From NCBI RefSeq assembly GCF_001194135.2, contig NC_068997.1, positions 47,755,516 to 47,819,515 on the forward strand: a stretch of DNA of 64,000 nucleotides, given 5' to 3'. Shown here in pieces: positions 37,301-51,072 of this stretch (within the stretch, counting starts at the first letter, position 1; each line of letters begins with the position of its first letter). The DNA is from Octopus bimaculoides. Taxonomy: Eukaryota. The notes beneath the pieces were generated by a model. That model saw only the letters and a list, made by a program, of their open reading frames with translations. It searched no databases and was not told where the DNA came from. The position numbers and the translations under genes are program-made.

Positions 37301-38749
37301 GGGTTTCTATCACTGCACCTCATCTCATCTCGTTTTCAAGCTGGGAGGAAACAAACATGAAAAGTAATTTTTTCCTCTGCTTTAATGCTTTTGCTATCCA
37401 CTAATATATTGTCTGTAATGCTGCCATTTCTGCATTGTCACTAACAGGATTCTTAGGTTTTGAAGTGGAAGAGTGTCTCCAAGAGATCCAGTATTTAGCT
37501 GTGGCTTTGTAATAGACAAAAAATAATTCTGTCCCTAGGATGGAAAACTAATAAAATACTTATTCTTAAAACAGCCATAGATGTAATGTAGAAAAAAAAA
37601 GTAATCTGTTAAAAAATTCCTTGCAGTAGACCTGAACTCATGACAAGCGGGTTCAAACATGCTTATCTCTTCTCAGCCATTTACCATGATTATATTTAAT
37701 TTTCTACCTCAAAATTTTTATTCATCTTCCTAGAGAGGTTCTAGAACTGTCTTATCTCACTTGCTTCAGCCATTAGTGGCCATGCTAGAGCAGTGCCTTG
37801 AAATTTTAGTCAAATGAACTGACCCGAGTATTTTTTTTAAAACCTGGTACTTATTCTATCTTGTTGCAAGTTTTACAAAGAGATCCTTTAAATTAATTTA
37901 CTTGAAGTTCCTTCAAAACTGTTTCCAAAGATTTATATAACCCAAGGTCAGCCTTGAATGAATAGGCCTCTCATCAAAAGGTGTTCAAGCTGTGATCATC
38001 TCATCTTTAAGATGCAGCATGAATCCTCCTGTTTTTGATATAGTGAAAGACTTGACAGATTTATTTGCTATTTTTAGCATGTTAAGTGATCATGTAGAGA
38101 TCCCACCTTGTTTTGGCATGAATGCTTATATTTTAAATTACAAAGTGTTGACTTAAATGCTACAGAATTGAAAACCTGGTAGATGTAACTTTAGGTCTAA
38201 TTAGATCAAGAAGATTGTGTCTCGGAAGCTTTTAATCATGGCCATCCCATTGTTTTATGAGTATGGATGTCTTTCTTTGAAGATAGCAGGGTATGATTTG
38301 AGGGAGATTTACATCTTATCTTTTAGCAAACTTAGCAACTGTATAAAAACTCCTTAATTATTAAGACTCCTCAACTGGGAGTTTTAATACTTAATATCCA
38401 CTGTTATGGTTGATTTTTCCATACTGAAATATATTTCTTGGAATAGTATCAACAGCATCTCTCCACATGTGATACTTTGTCACCATCTGAGAGCATTAAC
38501 ATCTAGGTAAGTCCTCAACGTATCTGCTTCAACAATATCCTTTAAAGTCTAGTAACTACTGGATTATTATTTTTTTATTTTGTTCTGTCTTGTATTATTC
38601 ATCTAATTTCATATTTTCAAACTGGCATTAGGAAGGGCATCCAACAATAGGAACCAGGCCAAAAAAGACAATTGGGGCCTGGGCTGGTCAGCTCCAGTCA
38701 AACCGTGCAACTCATGCCAATATGAAAAATAGATGGTGAACAATGAAAT

Positions 38750-39118
38750 GTAATGTTATATATGCCAATAAAGTGTGGTAGTTCTATAAAGGACGATATT
38801 TTTGTTTTAGCCCCAGGAAAACAGCTTTTCCAGCTGGCTAGTGACACAGAGTTTGCGCCTGTATAGCACTTGCAAGGGAGGTCATCGCTCCCATCTCTAA
38901 CCTTATGGATGTCCCACACTGAGGACGGATAACATCCAGAAACCTAGGTCCAAGTATCACATAAGGCTAGAGATGAGAACGATGACCTCCCTTGTAAATG
39001 CTATACAGACACAAACTGTGCGTTGATAGCCAGCTGGAAAAAGAAAAGTTTCCTGGGGCTAAAATAGTATCATCATCCTTTATAGGACTACCACATTCTG
39101 TTGGCATATAAACATTAC
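38750..39118. repeat. 369-bp imperfect foldback (~158-bp arms) with a 52-nt spacer
   Basis: 38750-38907 is the approximate reverse complement of 38960-39118. Confidence 0.95.
38908..38959 (+). ncRNA. Hammerhead motif in the foldback spacer
   Basis: CTGAGGA(38919-25)-cgga-taaca-tcca-GAAA-cctagg-TC-caagtatc: palindromic stem III and a GUC site; the proximal stem I is disrupted. A decayed relative lies at ~41940-41975. Confidence 0.65.
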
Positions 39119-40279
39119 TATCCAGTACTGTTACTGTACATCTCCCACTCAGAGATTTAAAACAAGTTTTTCTCTATAATATTGAAATGATTGGGATGCA
39201 AATGTGTTTCTCAATCTCTAGAACTTTGGAAAAGCACTATTCATACATGAGAAAGAAACCTTTGCTTTTTGTTGGAATGTCACAAACATATCCACCACAG
39301 ACATGACAATATAATAATTCTGTATAACCAAAGTGAGCAACTTCTCTACGTGAATAAATAAGATTTATTGACTCAAAATATTTTCTCTACGTGAACAAAT
39401 AAATTTTATTGACTCAAAATATTGTATAATAAACAGTTTCTTGATTAAAAATGCTGTCTATATGATTAAAGAAGATAAATACCAAAATTGAAAAAAATGT
39501 TTATAACATTTAGATACTGAAGTAGTTGATTAAAGGAATAATTAGACCAACGTCGTTACTGGAATATTTTTACTGCTTTATCAATTCTGTTGTTGATAAA
39601 CTTCAATGTCACCTTTCTTCATTACTCACTGTTAATGAAATATCTAAAAATTACTCATGGAAGAATGTTACTGTGAACTGGTTAACGTGGGAATTCCTTC
39701 CCCACCTCACAACTATATTAGATTGTAGATTTAACAGCTAAAAGCCTCAATTACAAAAGAAATCAAATATTTTCTATGTACATCTATTTGTTTATGATGC
39801 ATTATTTGTCATTGGATTGTGGCTATGCTGGAGGCAATTTTTCGACTGGTATAGGCAAATAAATCTACCTCAGTATTTTGCTTTTTAAAGTTTCCTACTT
39901 ATTCTATTGTTTTCTTTTGCTGAACTACTAAGTTATGGGGACAAACAAACCAATGCCAGTTCTCAACACAAAGACATGCATACACATGCACTTTAAAAGT
40001 TTCCAGTTTCCATCTATCAAATTCATTCACACAAGGCATTCATTGACTCATGGCTGTAATAGAAGAGACTTACCCATGGGGCATGGTAGAACTGAACCCA
40101 AAACCACGTGGTTACAAAGGAAACTTAGCTGCACAACCATACTTGGACAAGGAGTTACATTCATGTTTTGCAGAGTTTCAGCAGATTGAGTAGTAAAAAC
40201 CACAACCCTCAAGGTTTCGCAACAGGAAGGGGTGTAACAGGACATGACATTTTTTAGTCCAGAGGTTTGGCTCAAATGG

Positions 40280-40600
40280 TTCTAAGAGAATGGACACTGC
40301 CATAGGAAATCAAGGACAGGTAGGGGCCAAGGTGAAGGGGTAGACATGAGCAAGGAAAGAATGCCAAAGTGTGGGTGCTCTTGAGAAGGAATGCATGAAT
40401 TGATTAGTGAGGACCTGGGAGAGTAGAACGTGCTAAGTGGAGGTGGAACAAATGACTTGAGGGTATCCTTAAGTGATGTGGAGTGATCCTTAAAGAAGGA
40501 GCCACTGTAGTAGCAGCAGTTATAAAAAGCAGAGTGCAAAGACAGCACATCTGGATCAGAGGTGGAGACAGGTTAGCAAGTGTTTGTACCAAACAATCAG
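40280..40600 (-). mobile_element. CR1/L2-group LINE 3' end remnant
   Basis: Decayed SL..FY.YY.G...NQFMHSF..RT..LW.SLP.HV.P pattern. Confidence 0.5.
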
Positions 40601-41400
40601 TTTTCCCCCACCTTCTCTGTCCAGCTTTTTGGGTGGTGGGGTTACAGCCAAGGCTATCTGTAGTAAAACTATCCCAAATGTAAATTCAGTATCACATTAT
40701 GGGAGTCACTTCAATTTCGTATAGAGTTAGTGATTAAGAACTGAAGTAATTTCTATTCCTGAAGAGGAAGGCTAGTTTTTGCGATGTCATCTTTGCTAAG
40801 ACAATCTAGGAGTAAAGATTTACATAATATTGTTGAAGAATTGTTTGCAAAAAACTGCTTTAAACATGAAAATAAAACTTGAATTCTATTGAAACATTAA
40901 AAAAATACATTCCTAGCTGCTTTAATGTTAGGGTGTTATGAAATTGTTGACTCTTCTGTAAGATAAATAGTATAAATCAAAAGATTTCTTGTACAGCCAG
41001 TCCATACGAAATTAATGAGCAGATCTCAAAGTATACTAATGATATATAACTAGTGACTTGATGCCTTTAAATCACTAAAGTTAAAATTTAGGTCAATATC
41101 TATATATTTGTATTTTTATTTTCCATTAAATTAGTATAACAGACTAGGGTGTCTTTTAAACGTTTTATTGAAGTAGCAAAGTGTGACCAAGTAAGCATAT
41201 CTCGTTTAATTCATAAAATGACAAGCTTTATTTTAAATTAATGTTTTGTGTAATTAGTCTTTTCAAGCTACTTAAGTCACAGTTCAGTCAATATTCATAT
41301 TTTCTTTTTTAGTATTTGTTTTGTGTTTAATAAAGCCATCCCACATCAAGTTAACTATGTATGAAATAAAAACAAATGAAAGAGAAATTTAAAAAAAAAA

Positions 41401-41717
41401 AAGTATGGCTGTGTTAAGTTTACTTCTAACTGTATGCCTCCGGGTTCAGTTCCGCTGCATGGCACCTTGGGCAAGTGCCTTTCACTATAGCCTCAGGCCA
41501 ATCAAAGACTTGAGTGGATTTGTTAGACTGAAAGAAGCCATGCGTGTGTGTGACAAACTGTTGGTGTGGTTATGTCTTCATAACTTAGTTATTCTAATTG
41601 GTCTCTTTTGCCAAGCATGGTATGCTTAAAAAATGTCCTGAGGTCGATTTATTCTACCAAAACCCTTCAGGTATATCAGAATGGTCATAGTCAAGTGACT
41701 GAAACAAGTTAAAGCTA
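41401..41717 (+). mobile_element. Family A SINE (diverged)
   Basis: Head and tail match family A. Confidence 0.8.
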
Positions 41718-42389
41718 ACTATTGACCCATAACCAATCAAAAATGTCAATGTGGTCCTCCAGTCAGTGAAGGGACTTATTGAATCACAGACCCTTTCCAA
41801 AATCAAGGTGGAAGAATCATCTGGGAAATCAAAAATGTTAACAAGGTTGACTATATATACTTCAGATATTACAATACTGCAATGTTGTCCTTGTTAAGAG
41901 AATTGCTGAGGAGCAATGGAGGGAAAAAATACCTTCCATACTGAGGACTGATAACCTCCTAAATGGTCCACTGAAGAAAGATAAAAATAATATCCCCCCT
42001 CTGTGAGAAACTGGTTAATTCCCCACTAATAATTCTAGTGATAGCACCTTAGTAACCAATGGAAGATAACTGGTTCTTTTCCAAAAGGGGACAGCCTATT
42101 GTAAAATGATTCATAATGGAATATATGAAAGGAGTTAATGTATCACAAACTGACATGGTGGGCATTTTCTAATATCCTTAGAGTCCCAAATTGTGGAAAA
42201 TGGCATGGATCTTTTCCTGTTGGACATAAATTCAGCTGAATATATACATTCAAGAAGTTTCGACAAACTGTGTTTGAGATGAAGCAGCAATTGAACTTAT
42301 TCTTAGAAAGCATAGGTTTCACTGAGAATATATATAAATATAAGTCAGTAAATAGTGGGTTTGTGTTAACTGCATGTGGAGAAATAATA

Positions 42390-43433
42390 GGAAAATGAAA
42401 AATAATAAGGCAGAATGCTAAACTGGAAGCATATTTTAATAAAGATTTCTAACCGGCTTTCTTTGCATAGCAAATTTTCAAGAAGAGGGAGAATGAAAAT
42501 GTTTTTTACAAAGATGTACAAAATGAAGAAAATAATATATAAAAAAATAAATATACCAATACATTATATTGTCTTTGAGCTTCTGAAGTTCAATGGTAAT
42601 CCATGTATATANNNNNNNNNNNNNNNNNNNNNNNNNNNNNNNNNNNNNNNNNNNNNNNNNNNNNNNNNNNNNNNNNNNNNNNNNNNNNNNNNNNNNNNNN
42701 NNNNNNNNNNNNNNNNNNNNNNNNNNNNNNNNNNNNNNNNNNNNNNNNNNNNNNNNNNNNNNNNNNNNNNNNNNNNNNNNNNNNNNNNNNNNNNNNNNNN
42801 NNNNNNNNNNNNNNNNNNNNNNNNNNNNNNNNNNNNNNNNNNNNNNNNNNNNNNNNNNNNNNNNNNNNNNNNNNNNNNNNNNNNNNNNNNNNNNNNNNNN
42901 NNNNNNNNNNNNNNNNNNNNNNNNNNNNNNNNNNNNNNNNNNNNNNNNNNNNNNNNNNNNNNNNNNNNNNNNNNNNNNNNNNNNNNNNNNNNNNNNNNNN
43001 NNNNNNNNNNNNNNNNNNNNNNNNNNNNNNNNNNNNNNNNNNNNNNNNNNNNNNNNNNNNNNNNNNNNNNNNNNNNNNNNNNNNNNNNNNNNNNNNNNNN
43101 NNNNNNNNNNNNNNNNNNNNNNNNNNNNNNNNNNNNNNNNNNNNNNNNNNNNNNNNNNNNNNNNNNNNNNNNNNNNNNNNNNNNNNNNNNNNNNNNNNNN
43201 NNNNNNNNNNNNNNNNNNNNNNNNNNNNNNNNNNNNNNNNNNNNNNNNNNNNNNNNNNNNNNNNNNNNNNNNNNNNNNNNNNNNNNNNNNNNNNNNNNNN
43301 NNNNNNNNNNNNNNNNNNNNNNNNNNNNNNNNNNNNNNNNNNNNNNNNNNNNNNNNNNNNNNNNNNNNNNNAAATCCTTATAAAAATATGCTTCCAGTTT
43401 AGCATTCTGCCTTATTATTATTTTTCATTTTCC
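42390..43433. mobile_element. TA-flanked element with inverted termini of at least ~59 bp, spanning an assembly gap (Tc1/mariner-type MITE?)
   Basis: ta-ggaaaatgaaaaataataaggcagaatgctaaactggaagc... at 42388 and its reverse complement ending ...cattttcc-ta at 43435; the gap is 42612-43370. Confidence 0.6.
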
Positions 43434-45239
43434 TATATATATTTAAGAGAAAAATTGATATCCAGACGGAAATTTGATTAGATCAGATCAAAAACTTCAC
43501 CATTGAGGTAACCATGCTTTGAACAAAAAATATACTGCAAAAGCTAATCTGGTTTCTTCAGTTTGAACCAGACAGGTGATGTTCAGTTAACAGATTCAGT
43601 AATATTTCGTTACCACACCTCTAAATCAGGTGTAATAGGTAGTGAAGAAGATTATGAGTTATTTAAATCTGTCCCAAGTCACCATAAAGGTATTCAGAAG
43701 GAGCTGAAGCCCTCCTTTCTGCAGTTCAAAATGAAAGTGGAGGGAGGGAGGGAGGTGCACACACACGCACGCACGCACGCACACACGCACACACACTAAA
43801 ATGGAGAAAATACTTTCAAACTTGCTCACAAATCTTTTCATCCTTGGATATTCTTCCACACTACTAATGTTTGTTGGGGGCTAGATGTATTTTGTCCCTG
43901 ATTAGGACTCAATAGGAGGGGGGGGATTCATTTCAATTCTTTTATTTTTGCAATGCAGGCTTGGTTAAGCATAACGGGCAAGTCCCCAAACAAAATTAAT
44001 CTATTTAGACTGCAATAACTTGATAGTAACCTTGACTTAACATGCATCTAGAAAGGTCACTTCAACTCCATATGGTGGTGGATTCAATCCAGCTGAACGT
44101 CACTTCAGAGTTTTCTATTGACCAATATCTTCTGGATGAAATTTGGGAGACTGAAATTGTGCAGAAGCCCATCTTGCATGTGTCAAGTCATTTGTTCATA
44201 TGTGCATTTAGAAGGGCTGTGTTTCTTAGTATTAAAGAGTAACTCGACCTAGATTTAGATAACCTAAAAGTACTAGTACACAATTTTATGTAAGAAAATC
44301 TTAAGATATGCTCCAAATACCAACTTAGTATCTCTAATGAAACTCAGTCAGAAATGATTTTAACAGAAGTGTTAATCTGGTTATTGTTAAGTGTGATGTT
44401 GACTAATACAAGCCACGAAAGATAGGAAAATACAAATTTCAATTGAAGTTTAATTAGGAAGATGTTCAATTAAAAATGCAAACTCTACATGATGCACATG
44501 AAATATAGTGATAATGCTGATCTGCAAAGTGTGACTATCACCCCAGTCTTTCAGTGCTTGGTTCTCCCTATCACCCAAGCACCTTTAGTGAAATACACTG
44601 TTGTAAACCATCATTAGGAAGGCTTCTAATGCTTGTAACCAGAAGAGAGAGAGAGAGCAATGCTCAACTTGGATTTAAAACATTGATCCTGCACAAGAGC
44701 TCTCTTCACTATCCTGATTCTTTTTCTCTGTCCATTCTTTCTCCTTTTTCATGAACAACCTCTTCTCTTCAAATTCAATAACCTAACAGTAATATAGATG
44801 GAGCTTTACAACCATGCAATTATCTGCTTGAAGTTCATAATATTTGAAAGGAAAAAATATTCAAAGAGATTTTCTTTTTCTTTGCATATTACCATTTGTT
44901 TTACATATAAAATATATTTCAATTATGGAAACAGCTAGATTCAGGAACAAAAAGTTGACAAATGCCATATCTCTAGATTAACAATTGAGGCTTGAATCAA
45001 AACAAATCACCACTATTTTAACTAATTTCAACTTTATGCATGTTATTTGGAATTGTGTGTGCATGAATTGTATTCTTTTTAGTGCGGTTTTAAGAACAAA
45101 GTTTGACGAATGTCAGTTCAACACTTGGAGACTTGAAATGAGCGTGGAGTGCAATGACACTTCTCATGTTAGTCCATCAGAAAGAACAGACAGACAAAAA
45201 ATATTGAATTTTTAAGTGGGGAAGAGATCCAAGATAAAA

Positions 45240-45880
45240 GGTTAGAATCCAATATGGAATGTTGTACTATGGGATGGAAATAAGGGAAGGTGTAGAAGCC
45301 CATGTTAGTTTTTCTCTGGAATAGGGCATAAGGAAGAATAGTGTAGACATCTGTTAGTGTGGTGTATGTATGTGTATGGAAGTATGCAAGTCAGTAGCCA
45401 GTTTGCAAATCCCTGTAGTTCTTATATTGAACAAAGGAAAACATCCATAATGTACAAAATGTAGTGGCTGGGTTTGGTGAAGGTGGTGTTGAAAAGAAAT
45501 AAGCAGGTGTGGAAATACAGGAGCAAAGAGGGACCGAGGAGGGGGGGGGGCATTGTGAATGAGGTAACTAAATAAGATACAGACAAGCTGCAAAGAAATG
45601 AAGAGTGGGAGATGGAAGAAAGGACAAGACAGGGTCAAAATGAAGATGGGATTCTGCAGGGGAGGAATAGTAGAATGAATAAGGGAAAGATATAGGGGAA
45701 GACGTGTGGGGGCAGACTGATTTCACTGCGCCTCTTACACCTGTGATACTAGAAATGGCAGCTTTTTGACCTCTGTGCAAGTACAAAAGTCACTGATAGG
45801 TGTTAGTGGTGTAAATTGCAGACCCCTACTAAGGAAGGTGGGGTCAGCTTTGGAGAGAGGTAAGTTGGAAAAGTGGAAGA
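45240..45880 (-). mobile_element. Decayed Penelope-like element RT region
   Basis: Fragments in the expected order: FLSRGLQFTP (LSKGLxFxP-like), YIMDVF (YIDD-like), ELQGFAN.. and KTN..Y...FHP (thumb). Heavily frameshifted. Confidence 0.45.
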
Positions 45881-48215
45881 ATGGCAACAATAAAGGGCAT
45901 GGATATCAATAATGAGATTGTGTATAGCATGGATGAAGGTGTACGAGAAGGAACAGAAGACAGTAGAGACAGAAGCTTAGGGATTCCAGAACGAATAAAA
46001 TGTTCAAGTTTTAATGAGATCTGCATAAGATTTTATGTGTGTGTTCAACTTCTGTGTAATGCAATATGAGAATTTATTATCCATTCTCACTAAGCTTCTG
46101 AACATTTCATTGAAAATATACCTTATTGACCATTGAATGAATTCTAGTTTAAATTGTTAACAGCCCAAAATCTAATGTGCAAGTGTCAATTGTCTTAAGC
46201 AAGACTTTAAAAAAAACATGTGACATAGAATATAGGAATAAGGATTTTTAGTTTGCTATTTTGCTATGAAATTAGAACTAATAAAATTAGTTCAAGGAAT
46301 GGTCAATCAGGGATACAACAAAAACATTAGATTTTTGCTATCAATTAGAAAACTTAGAAATAGAATATGTTCTGCTGAAGACAAATGCAAAGATTGCATC
46401 CAATTTAATGGAAGTCTGAAAAAAATCTGATCAGTAGTAAAAGAAGCAATAAATCTGATGCCTTCAGATATTTTTAAGAAAGCTGATGCATCTAACAATA
46501 CCCTGAAGAGACTAATCCAAGTGTCAAATCTCTTTGCCAGATGAAGCAGAGATACTGCTTGCAAAGAATACTACAAATTGTTTAGTATTGTAGAAAATGA
46601 AACTGAGCCAATTCAGTACCCAGTGTTAACATTTTATTACCCACCATTTAAGTTTAATGAACAGTGGTGAAGGTACAATATGGTCAAATAGTTACGTTTG
46701 CTTCATAACTACAGGGTCCTGGATTCAATATCTCTGCAAGTCTACCATTTTATACTAGCTTAAAAGCTGCATTTCAAGCAGACTTTTAGGCTAGCTCCTG
46801 TAGAGGAGCTAATAGGGCCTGCGACCCAAAACTAAAAAGCATGGTATTTAGCTTCAGTTTAAATATGTTATTACAAGTTTTTCATTTAAAGTTCACATTT
46901 TTGGAGTTTTTACAATTTTAATTTTCAATTGTTAGAATATAAATCCTCACCATGATCCCAATGCTGGATGTTCAAGAACCAAATGAAGGGCAGAATTTCA
47001 ATCCTGGGATCATCCCGATTCCAAAAACGTATGTCTATGTAGAGCAAATGTAGAGAGAGATACAGGGGTCCCAGACAGATGGACTGACAGAATTTCACAT
47101 TTATTAATAGATGCACATGCACTTTAAAGTTTATGGAGCAATCAAAGCAGAATCATTGTATACTTTACACTTCAGAAATGAAGTGAGGACAAAGCTGGTG
47201 CAGCATAATTAACCGTCCCATATATTTGTGCAACATGGGCGTTGCAGTCAATTTGTCAGAACTGTTACCCTTCTACTATCTTTTGAAGTAGATTCAAATG
47301 TTTAATTTTTAGGCATTTTCAGTACACAAGTAGGTAAATATTGATAATCTGAGTAAGCTATCTTGTTTGAGTGTATACAAATACATGTGCGGAGGTTATA
47401 ATGAAGACAATTGTTCAAATCTTTAGTTAATGTTTAAAATATTTCTTTTATCAGTGTTTTACATTAACTTTGGAATAAGGTAAACTAAGCCCTATAACAC
47501 TTCTAAGCCTCATCAGTTACATCTACGGAAAGTGGTGGTAGCAGGACTATGATTGCCATGGTGAGAGAGAGAGAGAGAGAGAGTAAAAGAGAAAGAAAGA
47601 AAGTGTGTGCGTGCGCGTGTGTGTGTGTACGTACACAGATGTATACCTGCACAGTAATTCAGGGCAGTGTGGGTTCAAATGCAAATATTTGTGGTCTGCA
47701 GTGACATGGACTGAAGTGTATAAAATAGACTTGGTANNNNNNNNNNNNNNNAAAAAAAAAAAAAAAAAAAAGCATACTAAAAGGTGTTATAGTTTAGTAA
47801 CAAGCACGACACTACTAAAAAGACTTGGAAGTATTCAAGCAAGTTAGATTTTCACAAAAATTATTTTATTTGCATTAAGACCAATACAGTTTTTATATAC
47901 ATATATAAATACATATATATACATGTGCACAAGTTCATTTAAAGTGTAATCACGAATGCCAGGACATTTGATATCTATATACTGAGGAGTTCAAAAAGGT
48001 GAATTGTGTTAGTAACCAGATTACAGCTGTATAACAAACCGATATCTCAAAGAATATAAAAAAAAAAATTTAAAAAAGTGAATTTAACAGTTTTTGTTGA
48101 GATGGTTCTTCCACGATGCCACTACTTGGCTTTCATCATGGTTTCACAATCAAGTGAAGAAATCAAAACTTAAAAATTTTGATATCTTTAACAAAATGTT
48201 TCCTTTTTAATTAGA

Positions 48216-48252
<37 letters not shown>

Positions 48253-48669
48253 CAGTAGGAATTTTACAAGGGATAAATACAATTTTTCTGTAGACTTCAT
48301 TTATTACCCAGTTTAACATGGCTACTCATTACCTTCAAGAGCTTTTAACGGAATCCAATCTGTTGCGAATCCTGTCATAGCTTGTCCTAAGCCAGGTTGG
48401 GAAAGGGAGGAAGGCTGAGTGTAGTACTAGCACCCCAACCCTGTAATAAAACCCGCTCCCCACAGAAACCACTTTGAACTTGCCAAGTCTTGAAGAAAAC
48501 TGACATAGGAGCAAGGGACCGTTTCAACATGGATTGTTGACTAAATAGGAAGGGAAATGGCTTCGAGATTGACTTTGCAAAACCATATTTATAAATAGTT
48601 TTAGATAATGCAACAAAAGAGCTAACCATTAATACTCATGGATTGTACCAATAAAACATTACATTTTGG

Positions 48670-48905
48670 GGTAAAGTCTGCCCCAAGGGTTTTTAAACAC
48701 CTAATGGATATTATGCTTGTGGATTTTTCATATGCTTATGTGTACCTGAATGACATTATATCACCAACTGAAGTTGAACATAAAGAGCATTTAAGGAATC
48801 TCTTAAAATGAATTAATATGATCTTTGTCTAAAACCAGAAACATGTCAATTAGCATATTTAGGTTTTGTTATGAAGAAAGATGGACATTTTGCAGATCCT
48901 GGAAA
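48670..48905 (+). mobile_element. Gypsy/Ty3 reverse-transcriptase fragment
   Basis: KSAPRVFKHLMDIMLVDFSYAYVYLNDII..EHKEHL..LKPETC..YLGFVMKKDGHFADP, with small indels. Confidence 0.8.
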
Positions 48906-50797
48906 AAAAAAAAGAAAAAAAAAAAGAAAAAAAACGGCAGTTATCAAAAAATTACACCTGGAAAATGCCACAAATTGTTATGAAGTTAGAAAACATACAG
49001 CAGCCTGAGGCTGATAAACCAGTGGTCTGTGGGTCAGAGATGGGGCCCACAGGTCAGGCTCAACATGGAGCAATTACATGTCAAGCTGAAGATGTGGTCC
49101 ATTGCTGTAAGGCTAGAGGAACCAGATGACCAGAATCTGGTGCTAATATTTAGGACGGGTTTCCAGTTAGATTCTTTTCCTCCCTGCTACTAGTATTCAG
49201 AAGCTCTGAACAAAAAAAAAAAACTGAAATCTCACAAGGTTTAATGTTTGATTTTGTCACTGTTTCTAATTTTTAATTTTGCTAAATTTAAAATTGGAAA
49301 CTGAGGAAATCAAACATTTCTAACAGAATCAAAATAAAGATAAGCACAGACTCAAACATTCAAGAGACTTTAGAGATAGGATTAGCATAAAGAAAAATGT
49401 GACAGGACTAAGAATCATGCATTTTATGAGAAATAACATTGTTATTAGGTTTCCATTGAGCCAATCACCGATTCAGTGCATAGTCTTGAGCAAAACATTT
49501 CAATCTTGGGACAAAATATTGAATGAGAGCATCCACTCATTGGTGTATGGTACAGAACTGGGTAAAGAAGAAAAAAATGGGTATGGCCATACTATTACCA
49601 TGCTGAAGACGAGTATGTGCTCAATTCTTTTTCCACAGAATGGGAGCATTCTGAAATTCTTATCTGCCCATGTTTTTCTCCACCTCATCACAGAGGGCCT
49701 GCAAAGACCATGTGTATTGTCTTCCTCCAGACCACACCAATATATAAAAAAAGTCCATTATAACTTAACTATAATTCTCCTTTCCAGCCATAACAAGCAC
49801 TTCAAAATTAAAAAAAAAAAAAAAAGGAGCTCTCTTAAATAGAATAAACTATCAATGCTATCAATTCTATTTAATTGGGGAGATAAAATTTCAAAAGGTG
49901 TATTTAAGTTTAAGTGATCTAAGATGTCCTTTTACAGTTGTCAAAAGATCACTGGCTGAAATGATATTTTTCACACTTTACAGTAAGAAATGTTCATGAC
50001 ACATCTAAACATCTGCATTTTAAAACCAATGCCAAAGATCCCTTACCACTTTTCTCGGCTTCCAGATTTTACCCTCATTTCCTTGGAGCAGTTTAATAAA
50101 TTTTACATAAGTCAATATGAGAGAAGATTTATACCACTGAAAAGAGTAAATTCGATGCCACATGTGAAATTATAGAATTCTGACCATCACAGAGGCTACG
50201 TTAAAAACTAAATCCTTAGAAACTAAATCACAATTTGGAAACTTTTATTCATACCAAAAATCTTCATTAAGTGTGTGCGTGTTTGTCAGAGTACACACAC
50301 ACACACACACACACCACTACTGGCATATTGTTCAAATTTTCATAAACATCCCCTTTATAGGATCAAGTCTTTATTTGGCTTAGAGATTTTCTCACAGCAA
50401 CAAGTCAATTACTACATAAATATTTTTGCAAGCATATATAAAGTTGCTCTTGTGAACTGATGACATGTAACCCAGTACAACTTGCCACATGGTCAGGTCA
50501 TCAACAACTAGACTGGCAACCCTGCCATGCTTTTATTTAGTGAGGAGTGAGCTTGGACACACTGAGATTAAAAGAAGTTGACAAAAGACAGAACTCAGAA
50601 GAGTTATCTCTCAACCAATATTGTGTAACAAGACGAAAGGGGAGAAAAGGGAGCTGACTACCTTGGGCATAAAATGATCAACAGAATGAAAGGACATTCC
50701 AAAGGTGAAATGAAGACTGAGGGGAATAATCACCTGAACAGAGTTCTCATGAGCCAGGTTTTTATATTCAGTGATTAAAAGTACAACTGAATTAAGC

Positions 50798-51072
50798 ACA
50801 ATTAAACCTTGGGAGAGGCTTTATGCCGGTAATAAACACACGCACTGGTTCAGTCCTTTATTAATTTATAAATGGAAGTGGAGAGACAAGTTACTGAAGA
50901 GATTGCAAGAGTGCAATGAAATAATTTAACAAAAAACTATATAAATTAACAAAGGACTGAACCAGTGCGTGTGTTTATTACCGGCATAATGCCTCTCCCA
51001 AGGTTTAATTGTATTTCTTTCAACACACGTATCCACATCAAGAATCTTGCACACGAAATACACATACGAAAT
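50798..51072 (+). mobile_element. ~275-bp foldback mini-element with an internal hammerhead and TSD
   Basis: Arms 50798-50870 and 50940-51012 (71 of 73 complementary), a 60-bp 3' tail ending acgaaat, and a direct repeat tgaattaagc at 50788-50797 and 51074-51083. Confidence 0.85.
50890..50930 (+). ncRNA. Hammerhead motif in the foldback spacer
   Basis: gtta-CTGAAGA-g-[attgca-agag-tgcaat]-GAAA-taa-TT-taac: 4-bp stem I, 6-bp stem II, minimal stem III. Confidence 0.7.

Noticed and set aside
43563-43799. 78-aa ORF after an acceptor-like sequence; similar cases at 49640-49720 and 60700-61100
   Set aside because: No recognisable domain and no consistent exon chain.
46500-46535. CTGAAGA-gac...gtc-AAAT as a hammerhead
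   Set aside because: GAAA is absent and there is no stem I or stem III pairing.
47480-47530. Minus-strand CTGATGAGGC and other isolated CTGANGA hits (~905, 36665, 40760, 56715, 58110)
   Set aside because: No compatible stem II plus GAAA plus stem I; the heptamer alone is expected many times by chance.
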